A model generated the notes under the pieces. It ran no database searches and was not told the DNA's origin. It worked only from the letters and a program-made list of their open reading frames with translations. The translations under genes and the position numbers were made by a program. Positions 31,856-41,284 of a stretch of 64,000 bases of DNA are shown here, piece by piece. Where the stretch lies: contig CAVSGI010000006.1 in the NCBI GenBank assembly GCA_963727445.1, positions 1-64,000 on the forward strand, read 5' to 3'. The first letter of the stretch is position 1, and each line of letters starts with the position of its first letter. The DNA comes from an uncultured delta proteobacterium. Lineage in GTDB: Bacteria > Myxococcota_A > Polyangia > Polyangiales > B10-G4.

Positions 31856-32232
31856 TGCCCATCGTGAGATTCAAGAACGTGGGCCTCGAGGTCGAAGTGC
31901 CCATCGGCTCGTCGATCCTCGACGCGGCGAAGAAGATCGATGCGCCGGAAGGCGATCGCTGTGGCGGTGTCTGCGCGTGCTCCACCTGCCACGTGTACGT
32001 GACCGAAGGCTTCGACGAGCTCACGGAGGCGGAGGACGAGGAGCTCGACATCCTCGAGAAAGCGTTCCTCCCCAAGTACAACTCCCGCCTCGGATGTCAG
32101 GCCAAGATCGAAGAGGACGGGGTCTTCGAAGTGGAGATCACGGAGGAGAGCTTTCAGGCCTTCCTTGACGAGCACCCCGACGATGCGGCGGCGGCGCGCA
32201 AGCTCTGGGACGAGATGAAGGCCACCGGGTGA
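31855..32232 (+). CDS. fdx: ISC 2Fe-2S ferredoxin
   Basis: [14 protein letters not shown]...SRLGCQ. Confidence 0.93.
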   Translation: MPIVRFKNVGLEVEVPIGSSILDAAKKIDAPEGDRCGGVCACSTCHVYVTEGFDELTEAEDEELDILEKAFLPKYNSRLGCQAKIEEDGVFEVEITEESFQAFLDEHPDDAAAARKLWDEMKATG

Positions 32233-32280
32233 GGGGCCAGCTCTCGATCGACCAGGCGCGCGACGCCGCCTCGGACGCGA

Positions 32281-32751
32281 TCAGCGTTCCGTAGCGAGGT
32301 TGACGCGGATGTTGCGCCCGTCGATCTCGGCACCATCGAGGGCTTCCATCGCCCCTGCGGCGTCTTTGCGATCGGCATAAGTGACGAAGCCGAATCCTCG
32401 CGACTCGCCCGTGTCGCGATCGGAGATGACGATGGCGTCCGCCAGCTCGCCGTGCTCCGAGAAGATGCGCTCGAGCTCTTCGGTCGTGGTGCTGCGGCTC
32501 AAGCCACCCACGAAGAGTCGCGCGGGGATCGTCGCGCGCGGGGCGCTGGCACGGTCGTTCATGGCGGCGAGCGCCTCTTCGGCGGTCGGCAGGTCGCCGG
32601 TGATGGCGTCCGCGCTGATGATCTCTACCGAAGACCCTCCGCGCGCCCGTCGCGCCCGCTTCCGCTCTGCCTTCTCGCGCTTCTTTCGGGCCTTCTCGTT
32701 CTCGCGCTGGCGCTTACCAAAGTCGTTGCCCCGGCTCACCGGCACTCCCAA
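32281..32751 (-). CDS. RRM RNA-binding protein with basic N-terminal extension
   Basis: RNP2 LFVGGL and RNP1 RGFGFV; N-terminal KRQRENEKARKKREK. Start may be the internal GTG (VSRGNDF). Confidence 0.88.
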   Translation of the reverse strand: MGVPVSRGNDFGKRQRENEKARKKREKAERKRARRARGGSSVEIISADAITGDLPTAEEALAAMNDRASAPRATIPARLFVGGLSRSTTTEELERIFSEHGELADAIVISDRDTGESRGFGFVTYADRKDAAGAMEALDGAEIDGRNIRVNLATER

Positions 32752-32869
32752 TCAAAGTTGTCAGTCAATCGACTCTTGCTCCTCGTGTCTATGAACGTGG
32801 ACACCTTAGCCCACGAGGCGCCTCCCGTGCACCGAAATCGACCTCTTCTCGCGTGATAACCTCACTTGC

Positions 32870-34953
32870 GTGGCAAAGGCCGGTCTCGCCGTGCTCGCTT
32901 TCGTGTCCGCGTGCCTCGTCGTCGGTTGTGGTGACGACGGTGGAGGCGCGGATACGGCGGTGTCCGATGCCGGGGACGGTGGCGTAGCGGACGGGGGGAC
33001 GGACGCCGATCCGGTGATGGTCGAGGCCGCGAGAGAGGCCGCGCTGCCGGACCTCACACCGTGTGCGCCCGGATGGCGCGCGATCGAAGAGGACGGGCTG
33101 ACCTTGTGCGAGCCCTGGCCGGCGGGGGGGCGTGCGACGTGTGCATCATCCTTCGAAGCGCATCTGCCTGGCGACTCCGCGTGCGGGCGGCTGGGGAGCG
33201 CGTGTCCGAGCGGGAGCTTCGCAGAAGGACTGCCCACCGATGCGATCTACGTCGACTCGGCAGCCTCCTTGAGCGGCGACGGCAGCGCGACCTCGCCCTT
33301 CAGTTCCATCACCGAGGCGCTCGCCGCATTGGGATTCCGCCGGCGGCACCATCGCGCTGTCGGTAGGGACGCATGCGGCCAGCGTCACCATCGACGCGCC
33401 GATCTCACTGGTCGGCGCCTGTGCCGAGCAGACGCGCCTCGAGCCCGCGTCGGCTTCGGAAGAGGAGGCTACCCTCGTCATCAACGCCATCGTGAACGTT
33501 CGTGATTCTGTCGATCGGCGGGGACGCGCCGGGGATCGAGGTCGCGGGACCCTCCGCGCTCCTCGACGCCGAAGGTCTGGTCATCGACGGTGCTCTGGCC
33601 TACGCCATCGCCGCGCACGATGGCTCCACCGTCGAGTTACGCGACGCCGCCATCCGCGCCACGCGCGCCGACGCCATGGGGACGCGCGGCTACGCGCTCG
33701 ACCTGAACCTCGCGGGCGCCTCGCTGTCTGGCGTCGAGCTCGCTCGGAACACCTCGCGTGCCATCTACGCCCAGGGTGAAGGCACCCGCCTGGTGGTCGA
33801 GGACTCGTCGATTCGCGACACGGCCCCACAGCCCTTCGACGGGGGCCTCGGTAGCGCCATGGACGCCTTCGGCGGCGTGGACGCGCGCTTTTCGCGGACG
33901 GTGTTCGAGAACAACCGAGACAAGAACGTCCGCGTCGATTCCGAGGGGACGGTCCTGACGCTCGAAGACTGCGTCGTTCGTGGCGGCCTCCCGCGCATGA
34001 GCGACGACTCCTTCGGTTTCGGGGTGGGGGTGGCTTCGGGCGCCGAAGCGACCATCACCCGGAGCCGCTTCGACGACAACCAGGCGATCAGCGTCGCGAC
34101 GCAGAACGAGGGCACACAGGTAGCACTCACCGACGTGGTGATCCGCGACACCGGACCGAACCCCGCCGATGGCGAGGCGGGCGCGGGGCTCGACCTTCAA
34201 AGCGGGGTGGCGGTCGTCGCGCGGCGGGTCTTCATCGCGAGGAGCACCTTCCAGGGCATCCGTCTGACGGGGATACTGAGCGAGCTCGACGCCGAGGATC
34301 TCACCGTCGTCGAGACCCGGACCCACAGCGTGATGGGGATCGGTGGTTTCGGCCTCTTGGTCTTCGGTTCTCACGTCGGCGTGCGCCGCTCTCGCATGAG
34401 CCGGAACCACGCGGTGCACGTGCTGATCACGGCTGAAGGCACCGGCGATTTCGAGGACCTGACGCTCACCGAGGGGCTCGGCCAGGACGCCGACGGGCTC
34501 ATGGGCGCTGGGCTGATGACCTACGAAGGCGGTCGAGCGACGATCGCGCGCGCGCGACTCACCGATCTCAAGGCGGTGGGCCTGTGGTCGACCACCGGCG
34601 GGGACATCACCGGGACCGACATCGAGGTGAGCGGCGTCGTTCCAGCCGAGTGCGTCGTGGACACCTGCGCCGACAACCCCGGAGGCTTCGGCGCGGTGGG
34701 GACGCTCATGGCGAACCTGTCGCTCTCGCGTTTCGTGGTGAGTGACACCGAGCTCTGCGGCCTGAGCGTGGGTGAGACCTCGACGCTCACGGTCGCTGAC
34801 GGCTGGGTGCGTCACAGCGCCATCGGCATCAACCTGCAGAACCCGAGCATCGATCTCGCCGAGATCCAGCGCGAGGTCGCGTTCACGGACAACGTTCAGA
34901 ACCTGGATACGTCGGTGCTGACGCCGCCGAGCAGCTCGGTCACCGACCTCTGA
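32870..34953 (+). CDS. Exported right-handed beta-helix lipoprotein (frameshifts near 33340 and 33500)
   Basis: Lipobox VVGC, IYVD...GDGSATSPFSSI (DUF1565-like), then repeated 'IRDT...G.G.G' beta-helix units. Confidence 0.7.
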
Positions 34954-34963
34954 GCGCGTGTTA

Positions 34964-35122
34964 GTGCCTGGTCCAATGACACGGAAGGGTTCTCGCTCGT
35001 TCGTCGGCCGCCTCGCGGCGTCGGGAAACCTCGAATGTGCGCTGCACGTCCTTCGGTTCCCCTCCTTGCGACGCGACCGACGTCCGTCGCGATCTCCCCT
35101 TCCGTATCATCGGACCAGGCAC
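34964..35122. mobile_element. MITE-like element, 159 bp, 26-bp terminal inverted repeats, TA on both sides
   Basis: Left TIR GTGCCTGGTCCAATGACACGGAAGGG; right TIR matches 24/26. TA at 34962-63 and 35123-24; interior also self-complementary. Confidence 0.75.
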
Positions 35123-35164
35123 TAGGCTGGTCACGATGTTTCGCGAGCACTCGCAGGCAGAGAC

Positions 35165-36190
35165 TTGAGTCGGCGACGTACTCCACGCTGGGCGAGCTGG
35201 CCCACGGAGCGACTCCTCGATCTCCGGATGAACGAGCTGGGCGTCCAGATCGAAGGGACCTGGGTGGCCGACTGCATCGAGCGCGTCCTCGGTGATCTCG
35301 ACCGCCGAGAGATGGTCTTCACGCCCCACTTCTGGCTCTCCGACGAATGGCACTCGCCGGACGGAGTGCCCGGCGTCGGTGTGCCCTTCTATCTGGCGCA
35401 TCCACGTTTGACGCGCCTCGAGCGGCAACAGATGTTCGAAGCCGAGGGCTCGAGCCGAGAGAGCTGCATCAAGATCCTTCGTCACGAGGTGGGTCACGCC
35501 TTCTGTACGGCCTACAACCTGCACAAGCGCCCGAAGTTTCGCCGCCTCTTCGGCTCGATGGGCGAGCCCTATCCGGAGTGGTATCGCCCGAATCCGCGGA
35601 GCAGGCGCTTCGTCCACCACCTCGACGGATGGTACGCCCAGGCGCATCCGGCGGAGGACTTCGCCGAGACATTCGCCGTCGCCCTCGGCGCCCGAGCCCG
35701 GTGGAGGAGGCGCTACGACGGGTGGCCCGCCCTCGACAAGCTCGAGTACGTCGATACGATCATCGACGAGCTCGCCGCCGCCCCCCCGCGGGTGCGTTCC
35801 CGCGCACGCCCCTTCTCCCTGTCGCGCATGCGCCGCACGCTTCGAACGTTCTACGCGCGCAAGCACGAGCAGTACGCCATCGGTTACTCCGAAGCCTACG
35901 ATCACGATCTGTTGCGCCTCTTCTCCAACGACCCGAAGTATCGAAAGAACGAGACGGCGGCCGCGTTTCTTCGACGCAATCGCCGGCGGATCCGCGAACA
36001 GGTCGCCAAGTGGACAGGGCAATACCAGTTCACCCTGGATCAGGTCCTGCGTGAAATGTCCGGTCGGTGTCGCGAACTGAAGCTGCGTCGCGTAGGCTCC
36101 GAGCGCCAAGCGCGTTTGGACTTCTGTATCGTGCTCACCGCGCACACCGTTCAGAAGCTGTATCTGGGTGGAGGCTGGCAATCGCTCTGA
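35165..36190 (+). CDS. Putative zinc-binding metallopeptidase (Peptidase_Mx-like)
   Basis: LRHEVGHA (HExxH) and YAQAHPAEDFAETFA. Confidence 0.85.
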   Translation: MSRRRTPRWASWPTERLLDLRMNELGVQIEGTWVADCIERVLGDLDRREMVFTPHFWLSDEWHSPDGVPGVGVPFYLAHPRLTRLERQQMFEAEGSSRESCIKILRHEVGHAFCTAYNLHKRPKFRRLFGSMGEPYPEWYRPNPRSRRFVHHLDGWYAQAHPAEDFAETFAVALGARARWRRRYDGWPALDKLEYVDTIIDELAAAPPRVRSRARPFSLSRMRRTLRTFYARKHEQYAIGYSEAYDHDLLRLFSNDPKYRKNETAAAFLRRNRRRIREQVAKWTGQYQFTLDQVLREMSGRCRELKLRRVGSERQARLDFCIVLTAHTVQKLYLGGGWQSL

Positions 36191-36194
36191 GCCC

Positions 36195-37235
36195 ATGACG
36201 AAGCCCAAAAAGAAGAAGCGCGTCTTGTTGCTCATGCACGAGGACCTGGTGCCGCCGGACGACTTCTCGGAGGTGACCGACAAGCAGGCCGCGGAGATGA
36301 AGACGGAGACCGACGTCCTGGTCGGGCTCACACAGGACCTCGGCCACGACGTCTACAAGCTCGGGCTGTGGGACGAGCTCCGCCCGCTGCGCAAGGCGGT
36401 CGAGGAGTATCGCCCCCACGTCGTCTTCAACATCCTCGAGGAGTTTCGCGGGGAGGCGCTCTTCGATCAGAACGTGGTGGCGTACCTCCAGCTCCTGGGC
36501 GTTCCCTACACCGGATGCAATCCGCGTGGCCTCGTCCTTGCGCGTGACAAGGCGCTGTCGAAGAAGATTCTTCACTACCACCGCATTCGCGTGCCGCGAT
36601 TCGTCACCGTACGCCGGGGCCGTCGCCCGAGGCTCCGGGCGAAGATGCAATACCCGTTCATCGTGAAGTCGCTGGTGGAAGAGGCGAGCACCGCGATCGC
36701 GCAGGCGTCGGTGGTGCGCGACGAGGCCGCGCTGAACGCGCGCGTGGAGCTCATCCACGACAGCGTGGGGACCGACGCCATCGTCGAGGAGTTCGTCGCT
36801 GGACGCGAGCTCTACGTCGGACTTCTGGGGAATCGACGTGTGACGGCCCTGCCGACCATGGAGCTCTTCATCGACAACCTGCCTGCGGACGCGCCGAAGA
36901 TCGCGACGCGGAAGGTGAAGTTCGACCTCGAGTACCAGAAGCAGGCCGGCGTGCGGATAGGTCCGGCGGCGGATCTGGGCGAGCCGCTGGCGCGGCAGGT
37001 GGCACGTACCGCACGTCGCATCTACCGGATCCTGGAGCTCGATGGATACGCGCGGATCGATTTCCGTCTGAGTGATGACGGTCGGATCTACTTCCTCGAA
37101 GCGAACCCCAACCCCGATCTCGCTTACGGCGAGGAGCTCGCCGAAGCGGCCGAGGCGGCAGGCCTCGACTACGGGGCGCTCTTGAGCAAGCTCATCAACC
37201 TCGGCATCCGCCGCGCCAAGCAGAAGCGGCGCTAG
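36195..37235 (+). CDS. D-Ala-D-Ala-ligase-like ATP-grasp enzyme
   Basis: VFNILE, PYTG, DK, EEFVAGRE, YARIDFR, EANPNP. Confidence 0.88.
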   Translation: MTKPKKKKRVLLLMHEDLVPPDDFSEVTDKQAAEMKTETDVLVGLTQDLGHDVYKLGLWDELRPLRKAVEEYRPHVVFNILEEFRGEALFDQNVVAYLQLLGVPYTGCNPRGLVLARDKALSKKILHYHRIRVPRFVTVRRGRRPRLRAKMQYPFIVKSLVEEASTAIAQASVVRDEAALNARVELIHDSVGTDAIVEEFVAGRELYVGLLGNRRVTALPTMELFIDNLPADAPKIATRKVKFDLEYQKQAGVRIGPAADLGEPLARQVARTARRIYRILELDGYARIDFRLSDDGRIYFLEANPNPDLAYGEELAEAAEAAGLDYGALLSKLINLGIRRAKQKRR

Positions 37236-37243
37236 ACCGAGAG

Positions 37244-38608
37244 CTAAGAGGCTTCTTTTTCCCAGCGCTCGAGCTTGCGATAGAGCGTGCGCCGGTCGAG
37301 CCCCAACACCTTGGCGGCCTGGGTCTTGTTGCCGTCGGTGACGGTCAGAACCTGCTCCACGTATCGACGTTCGAGCTCGCCGAGGCTGAGCATGTGCTCG
37401 GGATCCGCGGCTCCGAGGCGGCGGGGCAGCGCCTCGTACGCCGCGATTTTGTCCGGTAGGTCGTCGACCGTGAGCTTGTCGAACTGAGTCAGCGTGACCG
37501 CGCGCTCGATCACGTTCTCCAGCTGGCGCACGTTGCCCGGCCAGTCGTACTCGAGGAGCTTCTTGGCAGCTTCGCTGGTGACTCCCTTGACCGGCTTGTC
37601 CATCCGTTCGGCGACCCGCTCCAGGAAGTGTTGCGAGAGGAGCAGGATGTCGTTGCCTCGCGCGCGGAGCGGCGGGACGTGAATCTGCACCACGTTCAGG
37701 CGATAGAAGAGATCCTCGCGGAACTGTCCGTGGTCGACGTCGGCGTCCAGGTCGCGGTTGGTGCTGCTGATGATCCGCGTGTTGATGGTGACCTCCTCGT
37801 CACCCCCGACGGGCCTCAGCTTGCGTTCCTGGAGCACGCGCAGGAGCTTCGGCTGCATCTCCGCCGGCATCTCCCCGATCTCGTCGAGCAGGATGGTGCC
37901 GCCGTCGGCCTGCAGAAAGAGTCCCTTGCGGTCGCGCTTGGCGTCGGTGAAGGCACCCTTCGCGTGGCCGAAGAGCTCGCTCTCCAGGAGGTTGGCCGGG
38001 ACCGCCGCGCAGTTCACTGCGATGAAGCGCGCATCGGATCGGCCGCTGCCCTCGTGGAGCGCGCGTGCCACGAGCTCCTTGCCGGTGCCGCTCTCTCCGG
38101 TGATCAGAACGGAGGTGTCCGTGTCGGCCACGCGCCGGATCAAGTCGAAGACCTTGGTCATGGCCGAGCTCTCGCCGACCAGGCCGGACGCACGCCCGGT
38201 GCGGGCGGCTTCTTCGGTGAGCCGCTCGACCTCTTCGCGGAGGTGGCGGTGCGAGACCGCACGACCGATGGCGTGCGCCATGCTCTCGATGTCGGCCGGC
38301 TTGTTGATGAAGTCGTAGGCGCCGGCGCGGATGGCGTCGATGGCCGACTTCATGTCTCCGAAGGCGGTGAGCATGATGACCGGCAAGCCGGGTCTGGCCT
38401 CGATCACCCGGCGGCAGACGTCGAGGCCGCTCATCTCTCCGAGGTTCAGGTCGGAGACCACCACGCCGAAGTCGCGCTCGCCGAGGAGCGCCAGGGCGTC
38501 GGCACCGGTGGTGCACCACTCGACGCGGTAGCCCTTCTGCTTCAGGCCGGACTCGAGCATCTCGCACATGCTCTGGTCGTCGTCGACCACCAGGATGGGC
38601 TTGGTCAT
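37244..38608 (-). CDS. Sigma-54-dependent response regulator (NtrC/AtoC/ZraR type)
   Basis: REC VVDDD, GESGTGKE, GAFTDA, WPGNVRQL, Fis HTH. Confidence 0.95.
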   Translation of the reverse strand: MTKPILVVDDDQSMCEMLESGLKQKGYRVEWCTTGADALALLGERDFGVVVSDLNLGEMSGLDVCRRVIEARPGLPVIMLTAFGDMKSAIDAIRAGAYDFINKPADIESMAHAIGRAVSHRHLREEVERLTEEAARTGRASGLVGESSAMTKVFDLIRRVADTDTSVLITGESGTGKELVARALHEGSGRSDARFIAVNCAAVPANLLESELFGHAKGAFTDAKRDRKGLFLQADGGTILLDEIGEMPAEMQPKLLRVLQERKLRPVGGDEEVTINTRIISSTNRDLDADVDHGQFREDLFYRLNVVQIHVPPLRARGNDILLLSQHFLERVAERMDKPVKGVTSEAAKKLLEYDWPGNVRQLENVIERAVTLTQFDKLTVDDLPDKIAAYEALPRRLGAADPEHMLSLGELERRYVEQVLTVTDGNKTQAAKVLGLDRRTLYRKLERWEKEAS

Positions 38609-39531
38609 GTTCGTTCCTCCGGAAGGAACACCTCGAAGGTGGTCCCGCTCCCCAAGGTGCTGTCCACCTCGATCCAGCCGCCGTGTTCGCGCACGATGCC
38701 GTGGCAAACCGTCAGACCCAACCCCGTGCCTCGATCCTCTTTCTTCGTCGTGAAGAACGCATCGAAGATGTCCTCCAGTCGTTCCTCGGGGATACCCACG
38801 CCTTCGTCGGCCACCACGATCACCAGGTAGTCGCCTTCGACGGCGCGGCGATCCGGAGGGTCAGCGACGTAGCGCCGGTCGACACCCAGCTCGATCCGAC
38901 CTCCCTCGGGCATGGCCTGGACGGCGTTCATCAGGAGGTTGGTCAGCACCTGAAGGACCTTGCCCGAGTCTATCTCGGCTTCGACGTCGAACGCGCCGCT
39001 CACGACCAGCGAGATCTCCTTGTCCTCGCACATCGGTTCCATGAGGTTGGCCGCGTGCTCCAGCACGTCGCCGAGGCGCGCCTTCTGGCGCTCGAGGGGC
39101 TTGCGTCTGGAGAAGTCGAGGAGCTCCCGGATGATCGAGGCCATCCGGTCCGCCTGTTCGGCGATGATCCTCGCGTTCTGTCGCGCCTCATCGGGGACAC
39201 GGGCATCCCCTTCGATCATCCGTGCCCGTCCGGCGACGACGTTGAGGGGTGTGCCCAGCTCGTGGGCCATGCTCGAGGAGAGCTTTCCGACGGTGCTCAA
39301 GCGGTCCGCGTGGCGCAGCTGTTCGAGCGCAGCCGTGCGCGCACGGCGCTCGGCGGCGATCTTCTTCTGGCTCGCGGCCAGCTGCTCGATCATCGCGTTC
39401 ATCTCCGACGCGAGCTCGGCGAGCTCGTCGTCGCCCGCGGCGCGGCTACGCAGTGTGTAGTCACCGCTCGCCACCCGACGTGCGAGCCGAGTCAGCTCTT
39501 CGAGGGTCGGAGATGAGGGGGATGCTTCCAA
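38605..39531 (-). CDS. HAMP-HisKA-HATPase sensor kinase lacking an N-terminal sensor/TM region
   Basis: HAMP, AHELGTPL, NLLMNA, DEGVG, GTGLGL. Confidence 0.85.
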   Translation of the reverse strand: MEASPSSPTLEELTRLARRVASGDYTLRSRAAGDDELAELASEMNAMIEQLAASQKKIAAERRARTAALEQLRHADRLSTVGKLSSSMAHELGTPLNVVAGRARMIEGDARVPDEARQNARIIAEQADRMASIIRELLDFSRRKPLERQKARLGDVLEHAANLMEPMCEDKEISLVVSGAFDVEAEIDSGKVLQVLTNLLMNAVQAMPEGGRIELGVDRRYVADPPDRRAVEGDYLVIVVADEGVGIPEERLEDIFDAFFTTKKEDRGTGLGLTVCHGIVREHGGWIEVDSTLGSGTTFEVFLPEERT

Positions 39532-39546
39532 GGTGTCCTCGATGGG

Positions 39547-39873
39547 TCATGAGACCCGAGTGATGGCTCCGCGCTCCACGCGCCAAGCCGCGATCTGTTC
39601 GTCGACGCCTGCTTCCTCGCCTTCATAGACGAGAACGCCCGCGGACTCGAATCGGTCGATTATCGTCTCTGCGTCCGCGGCGGATAAATCCAGCTCGACG
39701 ATCAAGTGGTCGCGGAGCGCGGTCTTGCCGAGGATGTATCCCTGCGGTGGGTCGTTTTCGCACCACCGGACCATGAGCTCGCAGACGCTCGAAAGCCCAT
39801 GCTCCACGTTCACGCGCCCTGCGTCCCGCGCGAACGGATCGATCAGGGGCTCGTCGATCTTCGTCGAATTCAT
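39547..39873 (-). CDS. Small acidic winged-helix-like hypothetical protein
   Basis: 108 aa, PQGYILGKTALRD...AETIIDRFESAGVLVYE...WR; a paralog lies at 58773-59072. Confidence 0.7.
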   Translation of the reverse strand: MNSTKIDEPLIDPFARDAGRVNVEHGLSSVCELMVRWCENDPPQGYILGKTALRDHLIVELDLSAADAETIIDRFESAGVLVYEGEEAGVDEQIAAWRVERGAITRVS

Positions 39874-39886
39874 CCGCTCCAAATGA

Positions 39887-39902
39887 AGCATCGGTCGTGC
39901 CA
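39887..39902 (-). promoter_or_regulatory. Sigma-54 promoter
   Basis: TGGCACGACCGATGCT on the minus strand. Confidence 0.6.
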
Positions 39903-40011
39903 GTCGCGAATGGACCCCGAAATCCCTTACGCGAGGCGCTGTCGTGTGGCGACTCTGCGCGAATTGGGGCGTTTCGCCCCGCCGCTTGCGGAGGATTCCC
40001 CACAAAGTCTC

Positions 40012-40027
40012 GGGAACGGCGATTGCA
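40012..40027 (+). promoter_or_regulatory. Sigma-54 promoter
   Basis: GGGAACGGCGATTGCA (GG-N10-GC with TTGCA). Confidence 0.55.
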
Positions 40028-40056
40028 CTTGGGCCCGGGCACATGGAGACGAGATC

Positions 40057-40305
40057 ATGATGACCCCGGAACAAGTACGACACGCGCACGAAGTCAGCGC
40101 GCCGTGGGATCACTTCAAGACCCCGGCAGCCGTCCTCGCCAGCAGCCTCACCGTCGCGGAAAAGAAGCGGGCGCTCGAGTCTTGGAAGCTCGACGCCCGG
40201 CTCCGGATGACAGCGACCGAGGAGAACATGACGGGCGGGGTCGAAAACGACCTGCGCGACGTCACCGAATGTCTTCACCGTCTGGAGCGCGACCTCAGCT
40301 GCTGA
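40057..40305 (+). CDS. Small hypothetical protein
   Basis: 82 aa, PWDHFKTPAAVL...EKKRALESW...EENM; GGAG upstream. Confidence 0.7.
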   Translation: MMTPEQVRHAHEVSAPWDHFKTPAAVLASSLTVAEKKRALESWKLDARLRMTATEENMTGGVENDLRDVTECLHRLERDLSC

Positions 40306-41179
40306 CGAGAGATCGAGACCACACGTTCATGTCTTCGATCCCTTCGCCGATGCGACAGGACTGCGCCATCGTACCGCAGAGGTCGAAGCCCAAGCGGCAG
40401 AACGCCAGGTTCACGCCGGGGATGCGGGCCCGCGCCAGAGTGAAGGCCGTCGGGTAGTCCATCTCTCGGAGATCGTCCATCAGGTCGAGGAGGATCGCCT
40501 GCATGAAGCCGTTGCCCCGATGCTCGGGTAGCGTCGCACAATCGGTCAGCTCCGCGGTCTCGGCGCGCGTCACGAGGTCGGCGCTCGCACACGCGACCAC
40601 CTCGCCTTCCTGGCGCACGAGTCGGAAGGGCGTGCCTTCTTCGATCGCTTCGGCCACGTACGTGGGATCGCCGCTGGGCGTCGGGTACTGGGTGAAGGTC
40701 GCGGACAGGAGGGCGGCGATCTCCGGAGCGTGCTCCGCCGTCGCCCGCTCGGTCACGACGTCGGGGCGCGGTGGTGGCTCCGGGGACTGCTCCTCCACCA
40801 GCCGCTCGACCTTCTGCACCAGCGCGGGCGTGGCGAGGTCTCGCCGCTCGGGATCCGGATAGGCCCCCATCACGATGCACGAGCGCTGCCCCTTGTAGAA
40901 GCCGGGCATCTGGGCTTCCTCGCGGTAGCCGACCTTCGAAAGCCCCTCGGCCACCGAGTCGTCCACCATGGCGACGATGCGGCCGCGATCGCGTTCGACG
41001 GCGGCCCGCCGGAGGGCGTGGCCCAGAGCGACCCCGTCGACGCCTCGCTCTGGATGGTCGCAGCGCAGGCAATCGGAGTAGTGATCATCGAGGACGCGCA
41101 CGGCGCTTCCGTCGGCCAACTGGGCGACGAAGGGCTTCTTTCGCAGAGCCGCATCCGCTGTGGTCAAAATGCTTTGCAC
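40295..41179 (-). CDS. ablB: Putative beta-lysine N-acetyltransferase
   Basis: EAQMPGFYKG, YPTP, AELTDCATLPEHRG, AFTLARA..PGVN, EDMNVW match the AblB pattern. Start approximate. Confidence 0.75.
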   Translation of the reverse strand: MQSILTTADAALRKKPFVAQLADGSAVRVLDDHYSDCLRCDHPERGVDGVALGHALRRAAVERDRGRIVAMVDDSVAEGLSKVGYREEAQMPGFYKGQRSCIVMGAYPDPERRDLATPALVQKVERLVEEQSPEPPPRPDVVTERATAEHAPEIAALLSATFTQYPTPSGDPTYVAEAIEEGTPFRLVRQEGEVVACASADLVTRAETAELTDCATLPEHRGNGFMQAILLDLMDDLREMDYPTAFTLARARIPGVNLAFCRLGFDLCGTMAQSCRIGEGIEDMNVWSRSLVSS

Positions 41180-41284
41180 AGAAAGCACTATGTGGCCCGA
41201 TGTGGGATAGTGCAAATCAGTTTGTCTAATGATTTCAGCGAAACTCCTTCGTGATCGAAGTTCGTTCGTGTAGATTCTCGGCTC

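Noticed and set aside
29929..32232. Apparent HscA-ferredoxin fusion (767-aa ORF)
   Set aside because: One extra base near 31747 explains it; the other frame gives a normal HscA C-terminus whose TGA overlaps the fdx ATG.
39924..39933. CCCTTACGCG matching half of the MerR operator
   Set aside because: Only a 10-bp half-site with no convincing second arm; may be chance.
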